IMG/VR virus record: IMGVR_UViG_3300044233_003741
Coordinates: 1-34,906 of that record
DNA length: 34,906 nt
Origin: a virus
Taxonomy: Duplodnaviria > Caudoviricetes
Direction: 5' to 3' (one strand)
Shown: positions 8,231 through 16,440 of the stretch, one piece after another
Numbering within the stretch: position 1 is the stretch's first letter
Layout: each line of letters opens with the position of its first letter
Notes under the pieces: generated by a model
Database searches by the model: none
What the model saw: only the letters and a program-made list of their open reading frames with translations
Told to the model about the DNA's origin: nothing
Made by a program: the position numbers and the translations under genes

Positions 8231-8680
8231 TCATAATATATCTCCTCTTTTACCATAAATTAATCTGTTTCCAAATCTATGTTTATCATACAAAGCAAGA
8301 TCATCTTCATTTTCATTATATCTAATAACATATCTCCAAACTCTGTTATCTTGATCTACTAAATCCATATCACCCATAATTTTTGGAATATTATCTACTC
8401 TATGTGTTTCAGCATAAATAGTGAAACAAGCATCAATCATGGATTGATCATTTTCAGGTATTATGTAAAATCCAACTTTGTTAGGTTTTAGTGATTCATC
8501 ACACATCCCTGCTTTCCAAAGACATTTAAAGTCTTTACAAATTTTTGGTCTTTGTGGATATATTTTACAACCAACTCCGATCTCACAATGTTTACACCAT
8601 GTATAATCTTTTTTAAACTTTCCATTATCTATGTTTGGAAGTTTACAACAAAGATTGCAATCTCCACATTCCCTAGTCAT
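8231..8680 (-). CDS. YkgJ/CxxCxxCC cysteine-cluster protein
   Basis: CGDCNLCC...CKHC....GCKIY..RP..C..F.C. Confidence 0.8.
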   Translation of the reverse strand: MTRECGDCNLCCKLPNIDNGKFKKDYTWCKHCEIGVGCKIYPQRPKICKDFKCLWKAGMCDESLKPNKVGFYIIPENDQSMIDACFTIYAETHRVDNIPKIMGDMDLVDQDNRVWRYVIRYNENEDDLALYDKHRFGNRLIYGKRGDIL

Positions 8681-8930
8681 AATCTCCTAATGTATCAAAA
8701 TTAAAATCCCAGCAATCATAATGACCACTAGCACCCATTCCCTCTGTGATAAATAATGGTTCATGTAAATCACTTGAAGTATAAGCACCTCCAAAAAATC
8801 TCATACTTGCTTTTTTTTCTGTATCTACCTGAACCCACAAATCATAAACTGGACATGAGGGAATAATTATTATCTGAATATCAGATAGTTTATTCGTTAT
8901 AGGAAGTTTTTTTTTAAGCGTTGGCTTCAT
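8673..8930 (-). CDS. hypothetical protein
   Basis: ORF in coupled operon. Confidence 0.6.
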   Translation of the reverse strand: MKPTLKKKLPITNKLSDIQIIIIPSCPVYDLWVQVDTEKKASMRFFGGAYTSSDLHEPLFITEGMGASGHYDCWDFNFDTLGDYD

Positions 8931-9150
8931 CTCTCATTTCTTTCCAGCTTTTGTTTTGACTTCTTACAACTATTGTAAATCCGAACATTTCCATTTTACC
9001 ACCAATAGAAATATCCATTAGTTTAAGTATTTGATTTCTTGTGGGTATCTGACCGAAAGCATTTGAAAAACCAACTTTAGCTGTATTGAAGTCAGTTGCT
9101 GTTACATGCTGGACTCTACCATCTTTAAGTACATTGTATTTTTTAAGCAT
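8914..9150 (-). CDS. hypothetical protein
   Basis: AAGGAGG SD; TAATG overlap. Confidence 0.7.
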   Translation of the reverse strand: MLKKYNVLKDGRVQHVTATDFNTAKVGFSNAFGQIPTRNQILKLMDISIGGKMEMFGFTIVVRSQNKSWKEMRDEANA

Positions 9151-9380
9151 TATCTATCCTCCTTATGTGAATAAAATTGTGTATGATAACCTCTTTCATT
9201 TTCATGCCATGGACCCCTTATTGACATTGAATAAGGATTTATCCATGAGTCATTACCTTTCATCAATCTCTCCATAATTTTTCTAGCTTTTTGTAAAGTG
9301 TGTGGTCCTGAATAATCTGTTGTAGATTCCAAACCATCATCACCCATGTGAAGTTCAGTAATAAAATATTTTTTTTTCAT
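9150..9380 (-). CDS. hypothetical early protein
   Basis: Track start 9392 lies in the ATGGAG SD; likely start 9380. Confidence 0.7.
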   Translation of the reverse strand: MKKKYFITELHMGDDGLESTTDYSGPHTLQKARKIMERLMKGNDSWINPYSMSIRGPWHENERGYHTQFYSHKEDR

Positions 9381-9386
9381 TTTTTT

Positions 9387-9434
9387 CTCCATTTAGTTAT
9401 TCCTGAATCCTATCATATCCATAATAATAGTCAA
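9387..9434 (-). promoter_or_regulatory. leftward early promoter plus leader
   Basis: TTGACT-attattatggatatga(16)-TAGGAT then ATAACTAAATGGAG; spacer differs from the 530 promoter at 2 positions. Confidence 0.75.
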
Positions 9435-9527
9435 TAATTATTATTACTTTATATTATACCCCATAGAAGAACAAAAGTAGTACAACTGGAGGTAGTAATA
9501 CATTATAATAATAATTAATAATATGTA

Positions 9528-9583
9528 TTGACACCTATATCTGATTTGGTACGATTTCAGTATGTATAACAAAAAAACAGGAG
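9528..9583 (+). promoter_or_regulatory. rightward early promoter plus leader
   Basis: TTGACA-cctatatctgatttgg(16)-TACGAT then TATAACAAAAAAACAGGAG. Confidence 0.75.
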
Positions 9584-9591
9584 AAAAAAAC

Positions 9592-9885
9592 ATGACTACT
9601 AATAATACAGGTATGAGTTTGACTCATGCTTACAATGTCGTGGCTGATATTAGATTGGTTCATGACTACAGCAGAGATGATAACTTTGATTGGAGAAAAT
9701 CCATGAAAGAAGATTACATTTCTTTTCTTTGGACAAAATCTGAAGAACTTCAATATAACATTGATTGGCACACAGGTGATTACACAGGTGATCAACTTGT
9801 TGCAATGAAAATGGTTGCTGATGATTATGATAAACAAGCAAAACAAATGGAACAAGCAGAACAGAAAAGGGAGGCAAAGATATGA
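9592..9885 (+). CDS. hypothetical early protein
   Basis: AGGAG SD before MTTNN. Confidence 0.75.
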   Translation: MTTNNTGMSLTHAYNVVADIRLVHDYSRDDNFDWRKSMKEDYISFLWTKSEELQYNIDWHTGDYTGDQLVAMKMVADDYDKQAKQMEQAEQKREAKI

Positions 9886-10196
9886 AACTTTTTACAAGTA
9901 GTATTGAAAAAAGACTTATCAAAAACCATGAGGCAAATGTTGGAAAAGAAAAAACTATCCAACATAAAGTTGTAGTGAAACTTTTCAATCCAACAGGGAT
10001 TGGTACTTGGTATCTTACAGAATATGATCCAAAAACTGATTTGGCTTTTGGATTATGTTGCATTCATGAAAAAGAGATAGGTTCAGTATCTATGAAAGAA
10101 TTGAGAGAGTTTAGAGGTCAATTTGGATTAGGTATTGAAAGAGATAAATATTTTGATTCTAACAAAAAGACTATGGAGGAGTGTAAAGCATTATGA
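9882..10196 (+). CDS. DUF2958 family protein
   Basis: VVKLFNP.G.GTWYLTE.D...AFGLC..E.G.VS..EL....G..IERD.YF. Confidence 0.85.
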   Translation: MKLFTSSIEKRLIKNHEANVGKEKTIQHKVVVKLFNPTGIGTWYLTEYDPKTDLAFGLCCIHEKEIGSVSMKELREFRGQFGLGIERDKYFDSNKKTMEECKAL

Positions 10197-10381
10197 GTGT
10201 AGATATGACACCTTTATTATTTGATGGTTGGAAAATCAAAATACAAATGACTGATGGAAATGAACTGACTCTCTACAAGGAAAATCTACCTGATGAATTA
10301 GCACGAAAGGTAGAAGATGTTTGTAGAGAGCATTTTGATATTCATTATGATGAAATGGTAACTAAACATAGGGAGGGATAA
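10193..10381 (+). CDS. hypothetical protein
   Basis: ATGA and TAATG coupling. Confidence 0.7.
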   Translation: MSVDMTPLLFDGWKIKIQMTDGNELTLYKENLPDELARKVEDVCREHFDIHYDEMVTKHREG

Positions 10382-10551
10382 TGTCCTGGAAACATAGTTT
10401 GAAAGGTTTACAAAAAACTTTAACCTTATCAGCACAAATAACTCAAATTGATACCATTATAAATATGCTGACAAAAAGAAAACACCGATTGCTAAAACGA
10501 ATGGGAATTGGTAAAGATGGTAAATCAATAACTAAAAAGGAGGAAAACTAA
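10381..10551 (+). CDS. 56-aa basic hypothetical protein (absent from ORF track)
   Basis: GGAGG SD; MSWKHSLKGLQK...KKEEN*. Confidence 0.7.
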   Translation: MSWKHSLKGLQKTLTLSAQITQIDTIINMLTKRKHRLLKRMGIGKDGKSITKKEEN

Positions 10552-10552
10552 A

Positions 10553-10915
10553 ATGGGTTGGGATGATTGGAATGGTGATGGTGTCAATGCTGATGCTAAA
10601 CCACCTAATGTAGAAAAAAAACATCTTGGATACAAAGAATATGAAGTTGAAGTAGATGTTGTTTTTACAGTCAAATACAAAGTCATTGCTAAAGATGATG
10701 ATGATTTGAGGGAAAAGAAAATGAATCTTTATGGTGTACCTTTAGAAATTGATACAGATAGAGGTGGTGAATGCTATGATATGCGTATCAAAAACTGGGG
10801 AACAGAAAATGAAAAAACTACTGAAACAGGTGATGTTGTTGTACAAAAAAAAATTGATGATGATGAACCTGAATCAGAAGATAATGTTGAATATGATTTA
10901 GAAAGGAATTTTTAG
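10553..10915 (+). CDS. acidic hypothetical protein
   Basis: AAGGAGG SD; very D/E-rich. Confidence 0.75.
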   Translation: MGWDDWNGDGVNADAKPPNVEKKHLGYKEYEVEVDVVFTVKYKVIAKDDDDLREKKMNLYGVPLEIDTDRGGECYDMRIKNWGTENEKTTETGDVVVQKKIDDDEPESEDNVEYDLERNF

Positions 10916-10923
10916 AATTTGTT

Positions 10924-11030
10924 ACACTCTGTTCCTTTGTATTAGGAGTGTTTCAAATATGGTGGGTGGTGTTTCTATTGCTCCTTAAACAAAAACAATA
11001 GGAATCATGGTTTTCATTTCCACCCATCAT
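10924..11030 (+). other. tandem stem-loops at operon 3' end (possible sRNA or terminator region)
   Basis: ACACTC..GAGTGT; ATGGTGGGTGG/CCACCCATCAT enclosing TTCTATTG/CAATAGGA with CTCCTT in the loop; G-U pairs favour + strand. Confidence 0.55.
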
Positions 11031-11073
11031 TAAAACTTGACAATGGATAGGTAATGGAAATATATAGTTTATT

Positions 11074-11190
11074 GAGAGAGTCAAAGTCCTCTCACTTATT
11101 TGGGTGGGAGTTCGGTATCAGTAATGACCGAGAAGTTTATCGAAACATTGGACATTCGTCCTGTCTCCATACTTTGTTAGCTCCCATCCT
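11074..11190 (+). ncRNA. candidate structured small RNA (multibranch)
   Basis: GAGAG/CTCTC hairpin; closing helix GGGTGGGAG(11102-10)/CTCCCATCC(11181-89); inner TCGG..TCA-GTAA-TGA-CCGA (GNRA loop), GTTT-ATCG-AAAC, GGAC-ATTC-GTCC; TTGACA at 11037 upstream. Confidence 0.5.
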
Positions 11191-11209
11191 TAATTATTAT
11201 TACTTACTA

Positions 11210-11258
11210 TTGACAATTATTAGAAATTGGAGTATTTTTTCTAAAACTAAAATGGAGG
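11210..11258 (+). promoter_or_regulatory. promoter plus leader
   Basis: TTGACA-17 nt-TATTTT then AACTAAAATGGAGG. Confidence 0.6.
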
Positions 11259-11262
11259 AACA

Positions 11263-11451
11263 ATGAAAGCAAAAGATGTAGATATATACAAACTTTTTTC
11301 TGATACTTACAAAGGTAGAAAAATGTTTGGGTTTATGGGTTATGGTGAAATAAAAATTTTACCAAAGGTAGATAAACCTATTATACAAATAGAAAAAAAT
11401 AAGAAAGGAAACAATGAAACCATACAAAATGTTACAGATACCTGTAAGTAA
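11263..11451 (+). CDS. hypothetical protein
   Basis: GGAGG SD. Confidence 0.7.
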   Translation: MKAKDVDIYKLFSDTYKGRKMFGFMGYGEIKILPKVDKPIIQIEKNKKGNNETIQNVTDTCK

Positions 11452-11548
11452 GGAAGAGTATGAGAAGATTGAAGAATTAGCTAAAAAAGAAAACAGAAGT
11501 ATTCCTGCTCAAATCAAGATGCTTTTGAAAACTTTATTTAAAAAATGA
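11414..11548 (+). CDS. 44-aa Arc/ribbon-helix-helix transcription regulator (absent from ORF track)
   Basis: MKPYKMLQIPVSKEEYEKIEELAKKENRSIPAQIKMLLKTLFKK; AAGGA SD; ATGA overlap. Confidence 0.75.
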   Translation: MKPYKMLQIPVSKEEYEKIEELAKKENRSIPAQIKMLLKTLFKK

Positions 11549-11832
11549 TTGAATCTTTACTTATACTTATCATGGGATTTGGTTTTCTTTTCTACTTCAT
11601 ATTAAAAGTAGATAAAAAAATTGAGTCAATGAATGAGTACAGAATAAGAGTGTTTGAAGATAAATACAATGTGTTGTTAAAAAACAATGAAGATTACTAT
11701 ACTCAATTAAGAGTTATGGAAAAACACATAAGAAAACTTGAAACACTTATAAGAACAACTAAACAAAAAGAGAGTAAGAACATTTATACTCTCAAAACTA
11801 AAAATGGAGAACACAATGATAAAAAAGACTAA
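11545..11832 (+). CDS. single-TM coiled-coil protein
   Basis: N-terminal hydrophobic helix. Confidence 0.7.
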   Translation: MIESLLILIMGFGFLFYFILKVDKKIESMNEYRIRVFEDKYNVLLKNNEDYYTQLRVMEKHIRKLETLIRTTKQKESKNIYTLKTKNGEHNDKKD

Positions 11833-12190
11833 TCCTAAAGAACTACTACTATTTAAAAACATTGGTGTGTTTATGAAAGAAACTAGATTGGAAAATAAAA
11901 AAACACAATCTTATGTAGCAAAACTTTTAAATTGCACATTCCAGCAAGTACAAAAGTATGAGAAAGCTAGTAATTTTATTGGCTTATTCAAACTAGAAAC
12001 TTTTTGTGAAAGGTTTGGAAAAGACATTGGTAAAGTAGTAAGTGATGCTAAAGATAATTTATTTTTTCCTGAACAACTTATTGAGGAAGGAAAAATAAAG
12101 GTAACTTCTGTATCTATTAAGGATATTGCAAATGATCCTACACACAGGTTAGATGCAATACATTGGTTGAATAAAAAAGATGAGCAATAA
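11816..12190 (+). CDS. XRE-family HTH regulator
   Basis: TQSYVAKLLNCTFQQVQKYEKASN; FQQVQKYE is typical of alphaproteobacterial XRE proteins. Confidence 0.85.
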   Translation: MIKKTNPKELLLFKNIGVFMKETRLENKKTQSYVAKLLNCTFQQVQKYEKASNFIGLFKLETFCERFGKDIGKVVSDAKDNLFFPEQLIEEGKIKVTSVSIKDIANDPTHRLDAIHWLNKKDEQ

Positions 12191-12374
12191 ATTAATAAAT
12201 AAATTAGAATGGTTAATTAGAGAAGTAAGAAAACTTAATCAAGATTCTGTTCCAGTAGGAAAGCTGGAGGAATACATACAGGAATACAAAAATGAGTTTC
12301 CTGAAAATAACAAAAAAAATGGAGGAAAATATGCAAAAGATAGTGTTGTTGATTTCATTATTGATATTGACTAA
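12180..12374 (+). CDS. hypothetical protein
   Basis: ORF overlapping both neighbours. Confidence 0.6.
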   Translation: MSNKLINKLEWLIREVRKLNQDSVPVGKLEEYIQEYKNEFPENNKKNGGKYAKDSVVDFIIDID

Positions 12375-12573
12375 CTGCGCATACAAACCCAAAATAAATC
12401 CTGAAACAAGTAGAGATAAGTGGTCAGGTCAGAACATTGCAGGTAAGTATTACAAAGATTTAGCAACTTGTGATTACATTTGGGAACATGAAAGTAGTTG
12501 GTCCTTAATAGAAAGACGAGGTTTTTTTATTAGAAAATGTATGAAATCTTATGGGTATGATGTTTTATGGTAA
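12331..12573 (+). CDS. putative lipoprotein
   Basis: GGAGG SD; MQKIVLLISLLILTN-C lipobox-like signal. Confidence 0.7.
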   Translation: MQKIVLLISLLILTNCAYKPKINPETSRDKWSGQNIAGKYYKDLATCDYIWEHESSWSLIERRGFFIRKCMKSYGYDVLW

Positions 12574-12908
12574 AATCTAGAAAAACAATTGGTGATTTAA
12601 GAGAAGTGTTCCTTGCTTATTCAGATCATTTTTCAAGTGATAATATTGCTAAATATCAAAGAATGAGTGAAAGGGTTTTAGAAATTATGAAAGAACTTGA
12701 AAAAGTAAAACCTGAATTAGTAAAGGAACACAATCAAGTGTTACAAGTATTAATGAATAATTATGATCAGCAAATCCAAAATATACATAATCAAATAAAT
12801 ATCATTGAAAAATTTTTATCTTGTTTAGAAATATTAGATGTAAAACCTGATGATGTAGGAACACTTGAAACAATAACAGAATATAAAAAAAATTTAGGAT
12901 TGATATGA
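12567..12908 (+). CDS. hypothetical coiled-coil protein
   Basis: ORF track; coupled. Confidence 0.7.
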   Translation: MVKSRKTIGDLREVFLAYSDHFSSDNIAKYQRMSERVLEIMKELEKVKPELVKEHNQVLQVLMNNYDQQIQNIHNQINIIEKFLSCLEILDVKPDDVGTLETITEYKKNLGLI

Positions 12909-13270
12909 CAGATAGATTAGCTGAAATGAAACAAATGGTTTTAGATGTTGCAAGAAGAATAAAAGGTGATGATTTTATGATAGGTCTAATACAGAATGTT
13001 GAAACTTCTATGAAGTTGTTATCAGAAGAATCAAATTTAGCGCATGATGATATGATAACTTTAGAAAAAAATCTAAATGAACTTGTATCTTCACTTCATA
13101 GTTGTACACATGATCTGTACAACTATTGCACTCTAGTGAGTACCTTACAAATAAAATATCATGACCATCCAGCATCTAAAAAAAATATAAAAAATATAAA
13201 TAAAGAGTTGGAAAGGTATGATAAAAATGTATTATTAAAAAATAACAGAAATGGAGTAATTGATGAATAA
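12905..13270 (+). CDS. hypothetical coiled-coil protein
   Basis: ORF track; ATGA overlap. Confidence 0.7.
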   Translation: MTDRLAEMKQMVLDVARRIKGDDFMIGLIQNVETSMKLLSEESNLAHDDMITLEKNLNELVSSLHSCTHDLYNYCTLVSTLQIKYHDHPASKKNIKNINKELERYDKNVLLKNNRNGVIDE

Positions 13271-14024
13271 ATGGATTAAAGAAGAATATTGTCATAGTTT
13301 TTCAGGTGGTCAAAAGTTTATGATAAACCCATCAGCATGGTTATATCAGTATGGTTTTAAACATAGACAACCAACTAATTCAGCTATGCAAAGAGGTAAG
13401 ACTTCAGAGTTTGTAACTTACTATATAATGAAAAGGGAAAAAGAATTTAAAGAACATAAAAGTATAGAAGAAATTACAGATTGGCATTTTTCAAAAAATA
13501 AATTTGCTTATAATAAAGATGAAGTTGAAAACTCAATTGAAATATCAAAACAATTTAAACATGCTTTACAGGAAAGACAACTTACAAACATTGAAAAATA
13601 CCAGGAAAAGATTGTAGTTGATGGCAAAAAGTATGGGTTGGAGTACCCAATTGTTTGTTATACTGATTTTACTTACCCAAATTTAATTGTAGATACAAAA
13701 GCAACTTTAAAATGTCCTAGTGTTGCAAAAAAAAGTAATATTAGACAACAATGTCTATATTCAAAGTTGTATAATAAACCAACTTCAATTTTATATGCTA
13801 CACCAAAAAGATATAAATATTTTGATATTCTACCTGGAGAAGTAGATGAGGGATTTCAAGAATGTATAAATACATTTAAAAATATTGAAAATTATTTAAA
13901 AGTATGTGATACACTTGAAAAAGCTGTAATGATCACACCATTAAATACAGATGATTATTACTTTGACAATAACATGAAACAGGAGGCAAAAAAACAATGG
14001 ACAAAAATAATAAAAAACCAGTAA
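13260..14024 (+). CDS. PD-(D/E)XK exonuclease (recombination exonuclease)
   Basis: AMQRG, YTDF...IVDTKAT, RQQCLY; adjacent to annealase. Confidence 0.75.
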   Translation: MMNKWIKEEYCHSFSGGQKFMINPSAWLYQYGFKHRQPTNSAMQRGKTSEFVTYYIMKREKEFKEHKSIEEITDWHFSKNKFAYNKDEVENSIEISKQFKHALQERQLTNIEKYQEKIVVDGKKYGLEYPIVCYTDFTYPNLIVDTKATLKCPSVAKKSNIRQQCLYSKLYNKPTSILYATPKRYKYFDILPGEVDEGFQECINTFKNIENYLKVCDTLEKAVMITPLNTDDYYFDNNMKQEAKKQWTKIIKNQ

Positions 14025-14494
14025 GTGAAACAGAAGATATTCTGTTCAAACTTGCAACACACTTTCCCACAAGTGAAGTAAGTTGGAGAACTCAAAGGGT
14101 TTTTCAATCATACAAAGACAAAAAATGGTATGCTCTAGCACTTGCTTATTTATCAGTAAGACAAGTACAGGATAGATTGACAGAAGTTATGGGTCATAAC
14201 TGGCAATGTAAACATACTGTCTATGGTTCAAAGACTGTTTGTTCACTTGGTCTAAAATTAGATGGTGAATGGATATGGAGATCAGATGGTGCTGGTGATA
14301 CTAACTTTGAGGCTGACAAAGGTGCTTTATCTGATTCTTTGAAAAGAGCAGGTGTTGCATGGGGTATTGGTAGATACCTTTATGATTTAAAAAATACTTA
14401 TGTTCCTTGTGATGTTACAGATCAAGGAAAATTCAAAAAATTTTCTGTGGACCCATGGGAAATTGTAAGAAAAAACCAATCAGATTTTAATTAA
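13997..14494 (+). CDS. sak: Sak/Rad52-family single-strand annealing protein
   Basis: LAYLSVRQVQDRL, DGAG...EADKGALSDSLKRAGVAWGIGRYLYDL. Confidence 0.9.
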   Translation: MDKNNKKPVSETEDILFKLATHFPTSEVSWRTQRVFQSYKDKKWYALALAYLSVRQVQDRLTEVMGHNWQCKHTVYGSKTVCSLGLKLDGEWIWRSDGAGDTNFEADKGALSDSLKRAGVAWGIGRYLYDLKNTYVPCDVTDQGKFKKFSVDPWEIVRKNQSDFN

Positions 14495-14508
14495 GAAAGG
14501 AGGAAAAT

Positions 14509-14766
14509 ATGCTGACCAAACCAATATATTTGAATGTATATAAGAATGATAGTGATAATCCAAAAGCACCCACATTCAAAGCATCAAATGTTGAAATAAA
14601 AGAAACAATTGTAATACCAGCAGGTACTTATGATTTAACTTTTTGGGGCAATTCAGTCAATAATAAGACTGGAAAACCTAATCCACATTTGAAGATTGAT
14701 AATCCTTGGAAACCGAAAGGTAAAAATGATAATCAAGGTGTTGACAATAATGATGCTCCATTTTAG
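14509..14766 (+). CDS. putative small ssDNA-binding protein
   Basis: N..K.P.F motif, acidic C-terminal DAPF tail, follows Sak. Confidence 0.6.
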   Translation: MLTKPIYLNVYKNDSDNPKAPTFKASNVEIKETIVIPAGTYDLTFWGNSVNNKTGKPNPHLKIDNPWKPKGKNDNQGVDNNDAPF

Positions 14767-14775
14767 AGTATTCAA

Positions 14776-14843
14776 ACTGGGGGTAGAACCTTTTTTTTAT
14801 CGAATCATGTCCTATCGGGTCATTTCTATCCCTAGTCCTTTCA
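14776..14843 (+). terminator. long stem-loop after the recombination operon
   Basis: ACTGGGGGTAGAA(14776-88)/TTCTATCCCTAGT(14824-36) with G-U pairs; weak T tail. Confidence 0.55.
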
Positions 14844-14879
14844 CTTGTCATTTATATAAAAAACTATTATATAATATTA

Positions 14880-15047
14880 ATGAACAAGTATTTGATAAAA
14901 ATTTGGCATGGAGATGTTCATATCAAAGACTTGGAATGGGAAACTGATGATGAAAATAAACTTTATAAAGAAGTTGCAGAATCAGTACCAAAGGAAGTAA
15001 GGGTAACAATAGAAAATGTTGAACGAGGAAATGAGAAAGCTCGTTGA
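14880..15047 (+). CDS. 55-aa hypothetical protein, possibly leaderless (absent from ORF track)
   Basis: MNKYLIKIWHGDVHIKDLEW...EKAR*; TTGTCA..TATATAAT immediately upstream; no SD. Confidence 0.6.
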   Translation: MNKYLIKIWHGDVHIKDLEWETDDENKLYKEVAESVPKEVRVTIENVERGNEKAR

Positions 15048-15198
15048 TGCTCTGAACAAAACTAACAATGCTTATGTACAAGAGTTGCATAATCATGGAG
15101 GTGTTAGTTTAAAGGCGAGTAAGTTGGGTCGTGAGTACAAAGACATTCAACGAGAAATAATTAAGACGGACATAGTAGAAAAAAAGAATAACTATTAG
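15016..15198 (+). CDS. hypothetical protein
   Basis: ORF track. Confidence 0.6.
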   Translation: MLNEEMRKLVDALNKTNNAYVQELHNHGGVSLKASKLGREYKDIQREIIKTDIVEKKNNY

Positions 15199-15286
15199 TC
15201 TTAATTAAAAAATTGTAGGTTTCAATAAGAACTATTATAAATAGTACAGGGGACTTGCGCACTAAACTAAAATGGAGAATAAAAAA

Positions 15287-15529
15287 ATGGAAATATTTAC
15301 TTGTAGCTGTATGACATTGAATTGTAATTGTAGGGAAAAATTTAATACCACAACTTCAACCAATACATCAATGACAACTATTACTACTGAATCTTTTATA
15401 AATGGTGAAAAGGTAACAAAAGAAAATTCAGTAGAAGTTATTTTTAACAAAATAAAATCTAGACAAAGGAGAGAGGATGTTAAAAATGCTATGAAAGAAA
15501 AGAAAAAACTAAAAGGGAGACTAAACTAA
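15287..15529 (+). CDS. hypothetical protein with CxCxxxxCxC
   Basis: Start after the ATGGAG SD. Confidence 0.6.
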   Translation: MEIFTCSCMTLNCNCREKFNTTTSTNTSMTTITTESFINGEKVTKENSVEVIFNKIKSRQRREDVKNAMKEKKKLKGRLN

Positions 15530-15882
15530 TGAACAAACAAAATACTACTTATGTTTTAGATACTGAAAGAACTTATGCTGAATTAGAATCAGCAAGTGAA
15601 AACAAAGTTATAAAACAAAAGCTATTTAAAAAATTAAAATATCTAGAACCTATAATTGTAAACAGGTTAATCAAAAGAGGTAGAGATCAAGGACTAAGTC
15701 ATGCTGATGCTAAAACAAATGCACTTGCTAGTACTGAAAATGAAAAACATGTAATGGGTTTATTGGTTGCTGAAATAGAATATGAACAAGCAAAAGATAA
15801 ATATGAACACATGAAGATTTTAAAAGATATGAGGATTACAGAGGAATCTTCAGCTAGAAAAATCATTAATGATAAAACATAG
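15529..15882 (+). CDS. hypothetical helical protein
   Basis: GGGAG SD; TAATG overlap. Confidence 0.7.
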   Translation: MNKQNTTYVLDTERTYAELESASENKVIKQKLFKKLKYLEPIIVNRLIKRGRDQGLSHADAKTNALASTENEKHVMGLLVAEIEYEQAKDKYEHMKILKDMRITEESSARKIINDKT

Positions 15883-15928
15883 TTAAAAAACCCCTCTATT
15901 ACTTACTAATAGTAACTAATAAAAACTA

Positions 15929-15977
15929 TTGACACTAATATCTGATGTGGTATCCTTTCATTATAACAAAATGGAGG
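15929..15977 (+). promoter_or_regulatory. early promoter plus leader
   Basis: TTGACA-ctaatatctgatgtgg(16)-TATCCT then TTATAACAAAATGGAGG; near-copy of the 9528 promoter. Confidence 0.75.
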
Positions 15978-15981
15978 AAAC

Positions 15982-16440
15982 ATGGAAAACAAAAGATATG
16001 AAGAACTGAAGTCCAAAGGTATCATTGATTCAAATGATAATGTAAATTTCAAAGGTGAGTTAGTACCTTATTATTATTTGAAAGAAGATTTTTCTGATTT
16101 CAATGAACCTAAAGGACCAATGCCATATCAAAGTGATAAGTGGCTTTTCTACTTTTACAAAAAACATGGAATGATTGAAACAGATACTCAACCAAAATCT
16201 GATGATGTCTTTGATGTTATAGTAGAGTTTGTATCTCAAAATAATAATGAATACAAAAAAGAACTTATTGATTTTGTAAAATCTAAATTACCTAATTTAC
16301 CTAAAGGGAAAATATCTTCTACTTTAAGAAGATTAAAGAAACTTGGAATCATAGAACAATCTGTTCATGAAACTTCAAGACAGAAGATTATTTCTAAAGG
16401 TAGATACTGGGATAGTCATATTGGGAAAGGAGGTAATTAA
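15982..16440 (+). CDS. hypothetical protein with C-terminal winged HTH
   Basis: KISSTLRRLKKLGIIE. Confidence 0.7.
   Translation: MENKRYEELKSKGIIDSNDNVNFKGELVPYYYLKEDFSDFNEPKGPMPYQSDKWLFYFYKKHGMIETDTQPKSDDVFDVIVEFVSQNNNEYKKELIDFVKSKLPNLPKGKISSTLRRLKKLGIIEQSVHETSRQKIISKGRYWDSHIGKGGN

Noticed and set aside
11054-11266. 70-aa ORF in the track; also considered tRNA or hammerhead ribozyme here
   Set aside because: ORF spans a structured region and a promoter, with atypical composition; no cloverleaf with T-loop and no CUGANGA core
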